Part shown: positions 24,556 to 38,251 of the stretch, in pieces
How the letters are laid out: each line of letters opens with the position of its first letter
Numbering within the stretch: position 1 is the first letter of the stretch
NCBI RefSeq assembly: GCF_036971445.1
Contig: NC_091474.1
Span: 209,064,001 to 209,128,000, forward strand
DNA length: 64,000 nucleotides
Direction of reading: 5' to 3'
Source: Narcine bancroftii
Lineage: Eukaryota
The notes under the pieces: generated by a model
The model's database searches: none
What the model saw: only the letters and a program-made list of their open reading frames with translations
Told to the model about the DNA's origin: nothing
Made by a program: the position numbers and the translations under genes

Positions 24556-25669
24556 TCTGCTTCTATGCCTTATGGACTTACATATGTGGTGGAGAAACTC
24601 AGCAGGTCACATAGGAAGTAAAAGATAATAATTTGGTTACTTTTTCAGATTTCTATTCCTGATGAGGGGTTCAGACTGGAAATGTTGATTACCCTTCACT
24701 TCCTATGCATGCTGCTTAGCCTGAGTTTCTCTTGACCTTAGCATTTGCAGAATTTCTTGTTTAACTGATCGCTGTGGAATCATGTTTCCCTGCACTCTAT
24801 TTCAATAACTTCCATAAGGAGGTTGGCTCTAAGAGAAGGGGTACAATGGAATAAATTTTCCACGAAGGAAACCATTTTCAGGGCTGTTCATGGTAACTAA
24901 TGCAAGCAGGCATGTAGGGGAGTCATGCATTTGGACTCATGGTCATGCGCATTGGTCTCCAGAGCAACATGGCATCAGGTGAGGTGATAATCTCCAAGAG
25001 GAAGCATCACTCCATTCAGGATTAAGAGTGACTTTATTTACATGGCACGTACATTAGTAGTCTTTTCAGATGAGGCGTAGCAGGGTTTATGACAGTTCCT
25101 GTCACTGCCACACCTGTATTGACTTAAATCTGGACAATGAGGAATGCTAATTACTTGATGATAAAGAGAATGCATTTCTGCAGTCCTGGTGTATGACAGT
25201 TACATAAATCATCAATATAAAGTCACGTCTTTAAATACCCTGGTTACCCTTACAAATGCAACCTTATAAATAGGTCTAGAGGTTGTCGCACTTTGTCACA
25301 TTGTCACTTGCATGGATCAATTTGGAAGTACCATGGCTTCCAGAGAGTTATGGATTCCTGGCTTAGAACTATCTTCTACAAGAGCATGGAGTGCTTCTTA
25401 CTTCCTGCCTTCCTGACAACATCCTCATCATCTTATTCTGCACCTTGATCAAATTGGTCACAAAAGCATTCAAGTTGTGGTTCTCCAAGCAATAATGATA
25501 GGTAGTCATCCCCTTGCCCTAGATTCCTTGTGCTACTATCACAGTTATTCTTTGATGCAACTCCCTTTAACTTGTTGATCTCACATAACATCTGGGTGCC
25601 CATCTGTTGTTGGTTGAAGCAACATTGCAATGATCTACATTGATATGTTTAAATTTTTTACATTAAAAA

Positions 25670-25883
25670 AAAAATCACAGCATGTTAGAAAATGATTCCA
25701 GCCATTGACACCCTTCAGCCCCATATGTTTTGGAGGATGGGGGGAGGGGGAACTGGAGCATCTGGGGAAAACCCACACAGGTCATGGGGAGAACATACAA
25801 AGTCCCTCAGATCATGGTGGATTTGAACCCGGGTCACTGGGACTGTAATAGCATCACGATAGCCACTAAGCTAACTCTGCCAA
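25670..25883 (-). mobile_element. tRNA-derived V-SINE (HE1-like)
   Basis: Minus strand: GGCAGAGTTAGCTTAGTGG (A-box region), CCCGGGTTCAAATCC (B-box), then GTATGTTCTCCCCATGACCTGTGTGGGTTTTCCCC (V-core). Confidence 0.8.
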
Positions 25884-27439
25884 ACCTTCTTCATTCCCTC
25901 TCTCCTGTCCCTTGCAGCTCATCCTCTTGAGTGGAAATGTGATTCCATCCAATGAAGAGTGTTCCCACTTGTTCTCCTAAACTCCATTTTAGCCGGGGCT
26001 CCTTGGCTCCAAATCCTGTCTTGATGTTGCAGGCAGGTACTCTCTGTTCACCTCTGTAATCCAACTCTTTTGCCCATGTGTGAACCAAGGCTGTGATGAG
26101 GTGAGGCGCTGAGTGAATTTTGCTGGGCCCAAACTGAGCTTCTGTTATTACAAGCTCCTCTTTCATTTAGTGACTGTCACTTTAAGGATTAATACAGGCT
26201 GCAAACATTCACAGCTTGTGGTGAGACTGCATGCCATCATCAAGTACAAACTGTAAATGAAGTGATGCTGATGGTGAGTGAGTGAAACACTTAAAGAAAT
26301 TTGTGTGTTTGGGACACTTAAAGATACAGGCTTCGTTAATTGACCATCAGCCATCTAATGAAACAAAGGTGGAGTGGCTATGTGAAATGGACAATTCGGA
26401 TGATTCTTCCTGTCAGGGGAATTATTGAACCACCATGGCCAAAGGAATAATCACTTTGATTGGTCCGTATCTGGTAAAAGAAGGAGGCGAATTCCTGCAT
26501 TGGATCATGGCCATTTTGATGATAATTTTGACTGATCCCATGCCTGGGTTTTGGAAGCATCGTGGAAGTCACACATTTCGTTTTCCCCTATGCATGGAAA
26601 AGGAGAGTTGTGACAACTATTTGTAGGAAAGGACATTTCTCTGGAAGAAACTCAACAAGGATTTGTGAGTTTTCAACAGTCCAGTCACTCGGTCTCCCTC
26701 ACCTCCTTCATAATTACTTATGTACATCAGTTTAAGAGTCTATGTTTCAACTATGGACTTCTAAGACTGGAATTTGGAATGACTTTCCATAATTGTGACT
26801 AGGCTGCAATGGTTTGGCACTTACTCACGTATATTTATGCATAGTTGGGGATAAATTTAGCGAAGTTGTTATTAGTAGTAGTTATTAGCAAATATATTGT
26901 TTTAAAAGAAAAACACCAAGTCTCTTGGTGAATTTCTATTGTTGCTGTTCTACGGCGTAACACTGTGAGCTCGTTGTTTCCAAGCAAGTGCTGCTTGATA
27001 GCATGACGGATTATTCCATTCATCACTTGCTGATGAGTGAAAGTAGATTACTGGGGTGGTAAGTAGCTGGACAGGTCATCCCTGGACAATTTTCTGGGAG
27101 ATACTGAGGGAATATCAACCCAGATGATTTTGTATCTAAGCCACTTTCTCTTTGGTTTAAAATAACATCCTTATCCTCCACCTGTACTGCATCTTTATTT
27201 GATGCCTCTTTTACTCAGTTACTTTTTCCAAGCTGACAAACTGAACTGGAATTTATTCTACATTCCCATGAAAAATGGGATATACAGTGTGCTGCATCCA
27301 CTGAGTGGAGTTTATATCACAGAGCAACACCCTGCTTCCATATTTTAGTGTTCATTAGTAGTTCCAATGAGCTGAGGACTGATAGCAGTTAAAGATGAGT
27401 GGGATAAACTCTGTTGCTTCACAGATGTCAGCTATTGTT

Positions 27440-27750
27440 GTCTTGCGGCTGTGAAGTCAGACATTCTCCTATCAAGAGAGCTCTCTTTCACTGCCCTCTA
27501 TCCTCTTGCCCCTATCACTTCTCAGCTTCTCTTATACCCTCCAACCTGTATCCACCTATCACCTGTTAGCCTGTGCTGCCCCTCCCACACACCTCCACTT
27601 TTATTCAGGCACCTGACTGATGTTCAGCACTCCTGAGGAATGGGTCAGGCCTGAAACCTTTACTGCCTTTTACTTCCTATGAATGCTAAGTGGCCCGCTG
27701 AGTTTCTCCAGCACTTTCGTATTCTGTCTAGACCCTCAGTATCTGCAGAT
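27440..27750 (+). mobile_element. Penelope-like terminal repeat fragment
   Basis: Pyrimidine-rich tract, CTGAGGA...GAAAC and GCTGAGTTTCTCCAGCA; matches the ends of the PLEs at 29460 and 52030. Confidence 0.65.
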
Positions 27751-28576
27751 TTTCTTGTTTACCAGACATTCTGGTTTCTTTGCCAGTTGCGGTTTCACAT
27801 CCGTATTCTACGCCGTGTGGTTCCAGTGCAGCACAACTGGTCTTCAAGGCTGTTAAGGATGTTATCTTGTCACTGCATGAAAAAAGGCACCAGGTTAGAG
27901 TGGAATTTGGCAGACTTTTGCAATCTTTGCAGTGCCTTACATATACCATCTTCCTTGCAATATATTTACTTTGAATTCCTTTAGTTTATCATGGCGTTCC
28001 TTCCTGTTAGGTTCATTTTTTAACTGTTGCCTCTTGATTCAGGAGGGACATTGCCCACATCATTTGACTGAGTGCTTGAGGGAAGTAATCACTTAGTATT
28101 TTACTTTTGACTCCATTAGTGCTGCCTTGCCAGAAATGATCCCTTATGAGGATAGGGAGAGTGGATGGCTACTCTACTCCAGAAAGAAAGCAATGCCAAA
28201 ACTTGTACGCATGAGTACTATTATTCAGGCCATAGGTCAGTCATTGGAAAAACAAAATATTAGATAATTGTTCTCTTGCCAGTGGTGAAGCAGCTTATAG
28301 TTTTTTAATGTGAGAAATTGTCACATGTTGAAAGCAAACTTGGCGTTACATTCAGTCTGTCTGCGCAAGATGAGGCTCTGCACTTGTGTGCATGGCCGTC
28401 AGAGTGTTCATTATTTGAAGACATCACCATAATAGGAACTCTGAATGATAAGCTTTGCAAGATGAGTTAATATCAAAGATGGCAATCTATGTGGTTCGCA
28501 CAGTCTCTGCAGAATGCCTGCCTGCTAGATTTGGAAATTATTTTTAAAAGAAAAGAATGTTAATGTTTTAATAGTA

Positions 28577-28779
28577 CAGTTTAAAAACTCCTGTAATCCA
28601 GAATTCAAGCATCCGACAAAAAAAAATTGTGAAATATAAATAGGTTAAAAAAGATGGAAGTTTAAAATTGGTGCTTCTTGATGTTAGTTCACCAATCATG
28701 CAACCTCAAGCAACCAGAAAAATCACTTATCTGGCATCCAACAATCCTCATAGGTGCCGGATATCAAGAGTTTAAGCTG
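28577..28779 (+). mobile_element. Tigger-like MITE family A, copy 3
   Basis: TA-CAG...CTG-TA ends; homologous to 1050-1253. Confidence 0.7.
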
Positions 28780-29459
28780 TATTTGACATCATGTGTTCTT
28801 GTAGCAAAATATGGTTAATCAAACGCATTCTGTCAGCCTTGCAACTGTTAAAGATTTAAAGAAACCATCTTCACCAGATTAGATTCAGCAAGTGGGATGC
28901 TCGTTCCAGTGGAAGCACTTTGAAAATGTCTGTTTGTCAAAAGAATCATATTTACTTGCAATACAATTTCCCCTTTAACTGACATCTTTAAATATAAAAA
29001 CAACTTTTCTCTGCCACATAGTGTTTGTGTCATAGCTACTGCTTTGCAGAGAATCTGATTAAACTCTGGGTAGGTGCAATGCATTCTCCAACTACAGGGT
29101 GGAGCTGTTCTGTGAATTTGTAACGTTGTTACTGCACTGCCATTTTGTGTTGGTTTTCTGATCAGCATGAAACTTTTAAGCACGGTGTTTTTTAAAAAAA
29201 GTTATCATTTGGGAGGGGAAGTTGGTTTGGAAATATTTATTTCATTTGTGGGAGCTATCTTACAGATGCAGAGACCTGGGTTTAATCTTGACCATGTACT
29301 CCAGAAGTTTCTTCTGGCCCTAAAGTTCCCTCCCACCTCCCTGAGGCGTGTAGGTCGGGAGGGTAATTGGGCAATTGTTTCCATGTGTTAGTGAGTGGTA
29401 GGATCTGTAGAGAGAGTTGATTGAAATATGAGAAGAATAAAACAGGATGAGTGTAAATA

Positions 29460-29910
29460 TGCAATACACAACCGTGTTGGAGAAACTAGGCAGGCTATGC
29501 AGCATCTATAGTAACCAACGTTTCGGGCCTGATCCCTTTGTCAGGTATTTAAAAAAAACAGGCAGGCACCTGAATGAAAAGGTTGGCGGTGGGTGGGGGG
29601 GAGGGAGGGGGTTGCGGGGAAGGAGAGGGGTTGTGGGGAAGGGGAAGACTAACAGATAAGAGATCATAGATGGATACAGGTGGGAGGGTAGAAAATTTTT
29701 AAAAAGCTGAGATGTTAGGGGGAAGAGGTAGCTCTCTGATAGAAAGAAGGGAAGAGTGGGGTGTTGAAGGAAGCGGGCAGAGAAAGAAACAGGAGGGAGA
29801 GTTAATGGAATTGAAGATGTCACTGTTAATGCCGCAAGGTTGGAGAGTGCCCAGATGGAATATAAGGTGTGGTTCCTACAATTTGCAGGTGGCCTTAATT
29901 TGGCAGTGTA
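29460..29910 (-). mobile_element. Penelope-like element 3' end (GIY-YIG tail + terminal repeat)
   Basis: Minus strand encodes EPHLIFHLGTLQPCGINSDIFN; a G-rich tract and CCCGAAACGTT follow. Confidence 0.75.
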
Positions 29911-30994
29911 AAGGTGTGTTGGATGCTCAAAACAGACCCAGTACCAAAAGATCTGTTTCCGAGCTTTGTACGTCTATGGAAATTACACTGTTCCGGTAGC
30001 TATCCGAGTATACTGAGCTCTCCTCTTTCTTATCCACTTACACACAACAGATGCAAAAATAGAGTGAATATTCTCCGGTTCCCCTTTCTGATCCACATTA
30101 CCTTTTCTGCTTGCAGACGCTCCTCTTTCTCCTGCTCATGCCACTAAGTTAATGTGAGTGATGAGCTTCCGCTCTAATTCGTTTCTGGATCCTACTGTGC
30201 TCTGAATGTGCGTGGTTTTAATTCTAAACTCTCTAGTTCTCAGTCTGCCTCCCTTTCTTTACCAATCTGCCCCTCATGGCCTCATTCTTCCCACTGAGAT
30301 CAGTAGAGGCCCACTGGGCCTCTTTTTGCCCTTTGGTTTTCCCCTTCTCTTCCTCTCTCATCCTTGATTTCCTATGCAATCCCATACCCTTTTTTAAATC
30401 TCCTGTTTTTTTCTGCCTCCAAATGTTCCAGTCCCTTCAGTCCTCCTCTGCTTTACCTGTCCAATCTCCTCTTTGTTGTCACAGAAGTGTGAGAGGTCTG
30501 ACGATTGCACTAGAAAGCTGAGGAAACCTCTGGAAGCTATGGTTGCAGTTATGTGAGGGCTTGAAGAGGCCTTTTATATGGTTGTCATCTGTCACAATGT
30601 ATCTATTCTTCATGATGTTGCCAAGATCCATAGATCTTAAAATGCCTCAGGAGCCTAATTATATTTTTCTCTCTTCTCTCATAGGTAGCATTCTTGAAAC
30701 TGGATTGATGGTAGTCGTTACCGGATCGGAAAAATGCTTGGATTAGGAGAGACTTCAGACGTCTATAAATCAAGTTACAGGATAATAAAGAGGATTGGCT
30801 TAAAAAGGAATTGTTTAAAAATAGTGGCATCTGATATCATAAACCAGTGGAACAACTTATCGACAGAACTATGATCTCAGCAGTTAAAAGAAAATTAAAA
30901 ATAAGAGATGGAGTAAGGTAATGTCTGACCTTTTAGGTCCACTTTTCTATCCACTTCCATGAAACTTGGACAACTATTGTCAGATTTTATTATA

Positions 30995-31477
30995 CAGGTT
31001 GTACCTCTTTAATCTGGTGACATTGGGACCTGGCCATTGCCAGACCACAGAAAATGCCCAAAAACAAAAATTAAATATACTGACCGCATAGCTCTTTGCA
31101 TCACTCTGCGCCCTTGAGCCGATCCTCTGAGCTGGATGATAGGTTAGACATGTTCTATTAAAACTTGAGCCGTGCAATTTGCCTAAAGTTCTGCCTTGAT
31201 GTCAATCCGATCTCAGTGTGTAATGTTCGCAGCTGGATGAATAGGTGGGTTTGGAACACAACTTTAAACTGTGCAACCAAGAGAAGGGAAAAGAAAGAGA
31301 AGAGTTCAAATACTGCAAAAGGGCTTTGTGGAACCACCAGCACATTGTTGGCACATTAGCGCTGCTAACAGCACTGCCCTGGTGCCAGATCCACAAACTA
31401 ATGGCGGCAGATTCAAAGCATTCCGGGCCACGGGAGTTGCCGGACCACAGTTGGCCAGATTAAAGAGATACAACCTG
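30995..31477. mobile_element. Tc1/mariner (Tigger/pogo-like) non-autonomous element
   Basis: 23-bp TIR CAGGTTGTACCTCTTTAATCTGG versus CCAGATTAAAGAGATACAACCTG (1 mismatch); TA on both sides. Confidence 0.9.
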
Positions 31478-34400
31478 TACTTCCATAATAAGTTAACTGG
31501 ATGCTAGAAAGATGGAATTTTCAATTGACCAATCTCGAAATTATCCAAATTCTCACAATGTCTAGTTTATAGTTGGCTTCTTTTTAAAGATTTGTAAATG
31601 CGCTAATGTGACTCTAACCATCTGGATAGGCAAAGAACCCTTTTGAAGAATGAAAGCCAATAGCACAAGGCGACCATTTTAACCTTAGAGATTTGCTAAT
31701 AAGGATCATCAATCACAGAGGCTGGAAGGGATCCATTTCTGCTATTGGGAGTAGCTGTGCCAGATTTGAAAGTTCCTACAAAAACCTAAACGTTCCCCTG
31801 CCCTTTGTGTAGACTTCTCCCATCTGCTTTCGGTTTAATCCCGAGGTGTTCCCCAGGGTATGAAAGAGTTAAAGATATTCCTTTTGCTACCGATTTATAT
31901 GTGAACTGTTCTGAACTACTATGACTTGCAGTCTTTTTTGGATTTATTTTTCCTCGAGTTTATATGAATATTTCTGTTTATGCATTCTTAATGACTTCAG
32001 TGTGGATCAAGGAAGGGATTTGTGAATTTACATCAGTACATTTATTTAATCATCAATTGTGATCTATTACGTATGTCAGTTATTACTTTGCACTTTGAGT
32101 CTTTATTATGGACTTATATAGGCAGAGCAAGCTACTGAGGCTCTGTACATTTCACCATGCTCATCACCTTGCCATATCTAGAGGCCTGTAAGTAAACATT
32201 CTACATCAATATATAAGAAAAAGAAAACAAGAATTCTTCAGCACAGAATGCTTTAATTTTTCAATTTATAGTAAATCAAATGATAACTAATACGATGTTC
32301 CATATGGGGGGCAGATCATCTGATCTAAAGAGTTTGCCCTATCCTGATACGATACAGCCACATGCTTCAGAGGCAAATCTTTGGCCAAGTTAGAGAAACT
32401 CTGGGGAGGGGGGGGAATATTGCTTCCTGCATCCCGCTCACCGTCACATTGCCTGCAAAAGAATGCAGCCACTCCCTATTCCAGATCTTATATTGTTAAC
32501 CTCTCGTTACTTAAAATGCCCTCCTCTGTGAAACTGGTGCAGCTCGCATTGGGACTGCAGCCAATTTATCTTTGCCATGTAGTCTGGTAATCTGCCTTTT
32601 TAAATAAACATTTTTTTGAAGGAGGTTCTTTGATGTGTTTGTTCGCTGCTTCATTCTTTTCCCCCCCCCCCACCCCCCCAATCCAATTGATCTAATTCAA
32701 TTGAATAAAATATATTCATTATTAACACTGTGTTCCTTAAAGGAAAATTATGTCACTGGCTCAAGCTCAACTACAAATTAGTTGCTTTAAAATCGGGCAT
32801 CACTTCTGCGGGGCTTGGCCATCCTGGCTTGTTTAGAGATCAGCATGCTACAATGTTCCTATGTGCAAAGTCATGCCAAAACCTAGCATACTACCTGATT
32901 TATGTGATATTATCCCTGCCATATGAATGAGAAGCCACTTTGCCTTTACTAATTTATCCATAAGGTTTCCCAAACTTCATCGTTAATGGCTACACTTGTT
33001 AGATTGATTTAGTTTAGACACATTGTATGTCTGCTACTGAACTTGTGTCATTATCTTCTCAAAATTGGCTTTTACTTACTTTATGTTTGGACTAAACTCC
33101 CAACTCAAAAATCATAGTTCTAAATCATCTGCAAGATGTTAATGGTCCTTTTAAAACTGTCATCCAAATAATTTATAGCAGACAACAATTGAAATTGCAC
33201 CTGGAACTCTATTTGTGGCTGGTCTCATCTTGTTTGAAGATATCCCATCTGCAACCAGTTATCTCTCCACAACAATGCCTGATCATCCATTCTGGTAATC
33301 TGCTGCATGACACACTATCAAGAGCTTTCAATGTGGATCAACTACCAGACCTTTAGTTTACATTAATCAAATAACTTTCCAAAAGTTGGATAAGTTAGCC
33401 GCAAGCTCACGAGAATGTTTGTCAATTGCTGTGTGTTTTTAGTTTAAGAAATAGGCAGGTTGAATCATGTATCTAGATGCGATGCTTTGATGCTTCCAAT
33501 CTGAAAAATAAAAACTTTCTCAGTGTCAAGTAAATAGTTCATACTGCACGCTGCATGTTTAAGATGAACACAAAGTTCTATTCAGTTTTTGGCTTGTATT
33601 GACCAGTTCCCAATGTTGCATACACTTTCCTTTTGGAATAATAATCTCTGTGGTTTGAGTGCCAATAATTTGTGAGCTGCCAAGAGCAATGAGTTAGTGT
33701 TCCTTTTGACAGCTTGCAAAGTCCCTTTTCTCAGTTGTAATTCATGTGTTGCAAGGTGAGAAATCTGTAGAACGGTTCATTGTGGCCACCATCAAAGGAG
33801 CTCTCCAAATGATATGAAAATAAAATAATGGTGGTACTATTCAGAATATCTGATATAAATTGTGTTGAAAATAACTTGACATTTTGGTTTGGCAGATGGT
33901 TCTGATGTGTTGCCTGAACATCAAAAATGATGCAGAAAAAGTGGAAAACATTGTATGTGTAGTAGTGTTTCAAATAGACGCATCTACACGAGTTTCATTC
34001 TTTTCCAATGGAAGGTAACCTTTGTTATTTCATCTTTACTTTGAAGGTGCCTGGGGGATGTCCACTTAAGCCAACCAACAAACTGCTGATAAAAGTTCTG
34101 ATTCACTGTTACTCCTTTGGTGTTGGTGCTGTTAGAATCATCCAAACAATGGGAATTAATTTTATGCAGGGCATTCCCAAGATTAAAGAATAGCTTAATG
34201 AGTGATGTCAGTACACGTACAAATAGGATGTTAGCTTCATTCATGCTCTATGGGGGCTCTACGGCCTGCTGGGGGCCACAAGTAAAAGCTTTATTTTCTT
34301 TTCACCTCGCGTAACTATTTTTAAAATTTAATCGGTAGGTGAGAAGTATGGATGGAACCAAAACTTGACAGCTTCACAGGGAAAGGGGCCCATAAACTTT

Positions 34401-34671
34401 GGCTGGGGTATCGTGGGTGGGGCATAGCTAGAAGAAAAAAGTTGAGAATGGCTGTTCTAAGCCACCAGTGTGTACAGCACCAGTTCCATTGGAGGTCAGT
34501 CCCTCCCTACCACCTCTGACCCCACAAAATGTTGTGAAATTGGCGGCAAATAAATATGCCACATTGTTAGAATGGTTTCATGTTTTTTCCCCCCAAAATA
34601 ACTTTATTCATAAAGTATTGTATGTACAAAAATTACAAGAAAACAGTATACTTTTATATTCAGTCTATACA

Positions 34672-35140
34672 TTCAGAATCAGAATTTATTGTCATGAACG
34701 AGTCATGAAATTGGTGGTTTGCAGCAACATCGTAGTGTAAACATTCATAATATAACCATCTTATGACATTAATCTTTAAAAACAATTAAAATAATAGTGC
34801 AAGGTAAGTAAGGCAGTGTCATTGATTCATTGATCATTCAGTAATATGATGGCAGTGGGGAAGAACTTGTCCTTGTGCCGTTGAGTGCTGATCTTTAGGC
34901 TCCTGTACTTTTTCCCTGATGGTAGCAGAGTGAAGAGGGCATGGCCTGGGTGGTGGGGGTCTTTGAGGATAAAGGCTGCTTTCTTAAGACACCGCCTCAT
35001 GTAGATGCCCTCGATGGAGTGAAGTCTGGTGCCTGTGATGTTGCAGGCCAAGTTAACAACCCTTTGGAGTTTTTTCTTGTCCTGAGGGTTGGCACCTCCA
35101 GACCAGGCAGTGATGCTCTCCATGGTACACCTGTAGAAGT
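34672..35140 (-). mobile_element. Rex1/Babar LINE 3' fragment inserted in the 3' UTR of a Tx1-like element
   Basis: ORF 34827-35123 ITAWSGGANPQDKKKLQRVVNLA...ILKDPHHPGHALFTLLPSGKKYRS...FFPTAIILLN; (CAGAAT)n tail. Confidence 0.9.
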
Positions 35141-35149
35141 TTATGTTTT

Positions 35150-35790
35150 AATGTCCCATGCATTTGTAGTGTAAGCACATTTTGTGTCCAGAGCATCATT
35201 GCCATTTGTGACCTTCTGGGACAATGCAAACTTCAAGTGTTTGAGAGACTTCTGCACAGGATTTTCCCCTCAGTATCTAGTGGCAGAAACCTCTTACACC
35301 GTCGTCCCTCCCCATAGGTCCTTTGCGTCGACTGCAAGAATCTTCAGTTCATCCCTTTGCATGTACTGCAACCTGAAATGTGCCAGTCGTCAGTATTCCC
35401 AAACGCCTATCTCATTGTACTGGAAAAACAACAAGCTTTGGGCAGACTGAAGTGCGACTTTCCACAAGTAGATGATCTGCTTGTAGTGCTTGATGTTTGT
35501 CTTGGCATGTGTCCCCAGGAACAGCCGGGAAATGAGAGTCTCTGAGATTGAACCTCAACATCCTTTTCCAGATTTAAAAAAATGCAAATGGACAGTCCAA
35601 AAAGACCTGGATAACCATCTCCATATTGCAGCTGTCCTGAGGGCAACGTACATTTGGAGTGAGATTCTCACAGTGCTGGAAAGATCTAACAGGAAGCTCG
35701 GAGAGGTCTTGGTCCTTTTGCTGGTGAGTCCTAGTATGGAGGCATTCTGCTCTATGGTTTTGATAGCTCAGGTAACCAGGACACATTGAG
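35150..35790 (-). mobile_element. Tx1-clade (L1 group) LINE ORF2 C-terminal fragment; probable 3' end at ~34580-34671
   Basis: Mixed-frame translation LFLGTHAKTNI...VALQSAQSLLFFQYNEIGVWEY.RLAHFRLQ.Y..RD.LK....AKDLWGRTTV, plus a cysteine-rich CPQDSCNME..IQVFLDCPF motif. Confidence 0.7.
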
Positions 35791-36299
35791 TTGATTGCTG
35801 GTTGATTGTCTTGTAGTCAAAAATGGTTTTCAGATAGGACCATTCCAGAAAAGATTAGTAGTGCAGCAATGTCTGAACGGTGTGAATACAGGAATTTCAG
35901 CCTTCAATACAGACTTTCTGTCTAACCAGACAGCAGAAACACACAGAACATCCACTGAGGAAGAGATTGAGGCAGGAGAGATCAATAAGGTTCTCTGAAA
36001 TTCTGGTGTATGAGATGAATTGCAGGTGGGAGAACACACACATAATGGGACAATTGCATAAATACTTGTATCACAAATATCTTGGACCACCTCAGTATTG
36101 CATTTTAATCAGAATCTGCCTCTTCTCTGCCTCTCCCCGCCCCCTCTCTTAGAAGGAAGATATTGCCTGTAATGAGATAAGGTAACTCTATGGGTGGGGG
36201 CCCTGTTGAGTGCAGCTGCTCATCTGAAGAAGAGGCCATTCTTATGATCAGAGCGAGCACTGAGGCACTCATCATGAGTTCACTGGTTGTTGGACAATA

Positions 36300-38214
36300 G
36301 GATATAGAACAAGGGTCTTTAGTCCACATATCTATGCCAGACATGACATCCAAATCAAACTGAAACTGATGGTCACACTTGATAGGTACCCCTCCAACTA
36401 CTTCATGCATCTATTTAGAAGCCTTTTATATGCTGCTATTGTATCTGCTTCTGGCAGCCCATTCTAGGGACCTACCACACTCTATAAAATATTTGCCCCA
36501 CACATCTCCTTTAAACTTACTCCCCTTCACCGTAAACATATGTTTTCTTGTGTGTGACACTGTGGTCCTGAGGAAAAGATTCTGATTGCCACCCTATCTA
36601 TGCCCCTCGTGATTTTACACACCTCTGTCAGGTCACCCCCCCTCAGCCTTCTGTGCTCCATAGAAAACATGCCTTTGTCCAACCTCTTCTCATAAACGAG
36701 GCAACATCCTGATAAATCTCTTCTGTGCCCTTCCCAAAATCTCCATGTTCTTCCTGTAATGAGGTGACAAGAACTGCACACAGTATTCCCAGTGTGCCTA
36801 AATAGTTTTATATAGTTGCAACATGATCTTGTTACTTTTATTCTCAATGCCCTATCTAGTGAAGCCTGCTTTATCACCGTTTCTACCTGTGTGGCCACGT
36901 TCAGTGAGCTATGCACCTGGTCCCCCAGATCCCTCTGATCATCAATGGTTTTAAGAGTCCTGCCATAAACTATACATTTCCTTAACATTTGACTTCCCAA
37001 ATTGCAACACCTCACACTAGTGGTGATTAAACTCCATCTGCCATATTTGTAATTGATCTATATCCTGTTGTTTTCTAAGATAACTCTACACAGTCCACAA
37101 TTTCTAATCTTAGTATAATCTGAAAAGTTACTGACCCACCCACTTACATTATCATCCAAATCATTTGTATATATCACAAACAACAGGACTCCTAATACTG
37201 ATCCTTGCAGAACACCACTGGTCACAGGCCTCTAGCCTGAATAACAGCCTTCTGTCACTACCCTCTGTTTTCATGGGCAAGCCAATTTCATAGCCAAATT
37301 ATTAACTCATCATGGATTCCACGTATCCGTGCCTTCTGAATCAGCCAACCTTGTCAAACGCTGTGTCAAAGTCCATGTAGACAACATCCACTATGCTACC
37401 CTCATCAAGCACATTTTCTACCTCCTCAAAGAATTTAATCAAATTAGTAAGACAATACCTGCCCCTTACAAAGCCATGTTGACTATCACTATTCTGATTA
37501 CAACTTTCCAAATGTGTAAAAGTCATTTCAGCATGTAGTTTCATACCCAGTGTTATGAGCCCAAAGGAGCCCAAAACCCAGCAGCAATAGATATTCACCA
37601 CGAAAAATGGTTAAACAAAAGTTGCTTTTAATTATCTTTAAACTTGAAAACAGAATCAAACTTTAACTTTTCTTTATTAACTTAACTAAACCCAACTTAA
37701 CCCTCTTCTAATTCTAAGCACATGTGTATGTGATGTGTATGTAAATGTAAGAAAAGTTCTTTGGTTCACAGTTCAATCTCACTTCTCATTCTTCCAAGTT
37801 CTCTGCTTGCAGGCAATTCTTATACTGTGCACAGAATTTAACATGAATAAAGTTCACCAGGCTTTGGTGCTCGAAAGGTAAATGTTTACCGCTCAGGAAG
37901 GTTCTTGTAGGGTTTGCAGAGAGAGATTTGTTGTTCCAGAATTTCCAAAACGTAGGTACCACCATTAGTCACCTCAATGTCTTGCTGATGAAACTTGCAC
38001 CATCAGGGTTCTCCAGATGATGGCCTCTTTCTTTCAGGCTATCACATAGTTCCTTTTTGTTCCACTTATTCCAAGAGAAACATCAGACAGATAGCACTTT
38101 CAGCCATCTGCCATTCTGGAGCTTTCTGTTTCCAACTAGCTTCTCCTGGCTTGCACTGTTCAGCTGCTTTCAATGTCACACGCACTCTGGCTAAGAGAGC
38201 TTGATTCACCCCCC

Positions 38215-38251
<37 letters not shown>

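Noticed and set aside
25820-25883. A-box/B-box sequence as a tRNA gene
   Set aside because: It is the tRNA-derived head of a V-SINE, continues into the SINE core and gives no intact cloverleaf.
30685-30917. Strong splice acceptor and downstream AAG/GTAATG donor as a coding exon
   Set aside because: All three frames have stops and the translation resembles an old CR1 C-terminus (INQWNNL). A non-coding exon is not excluded.
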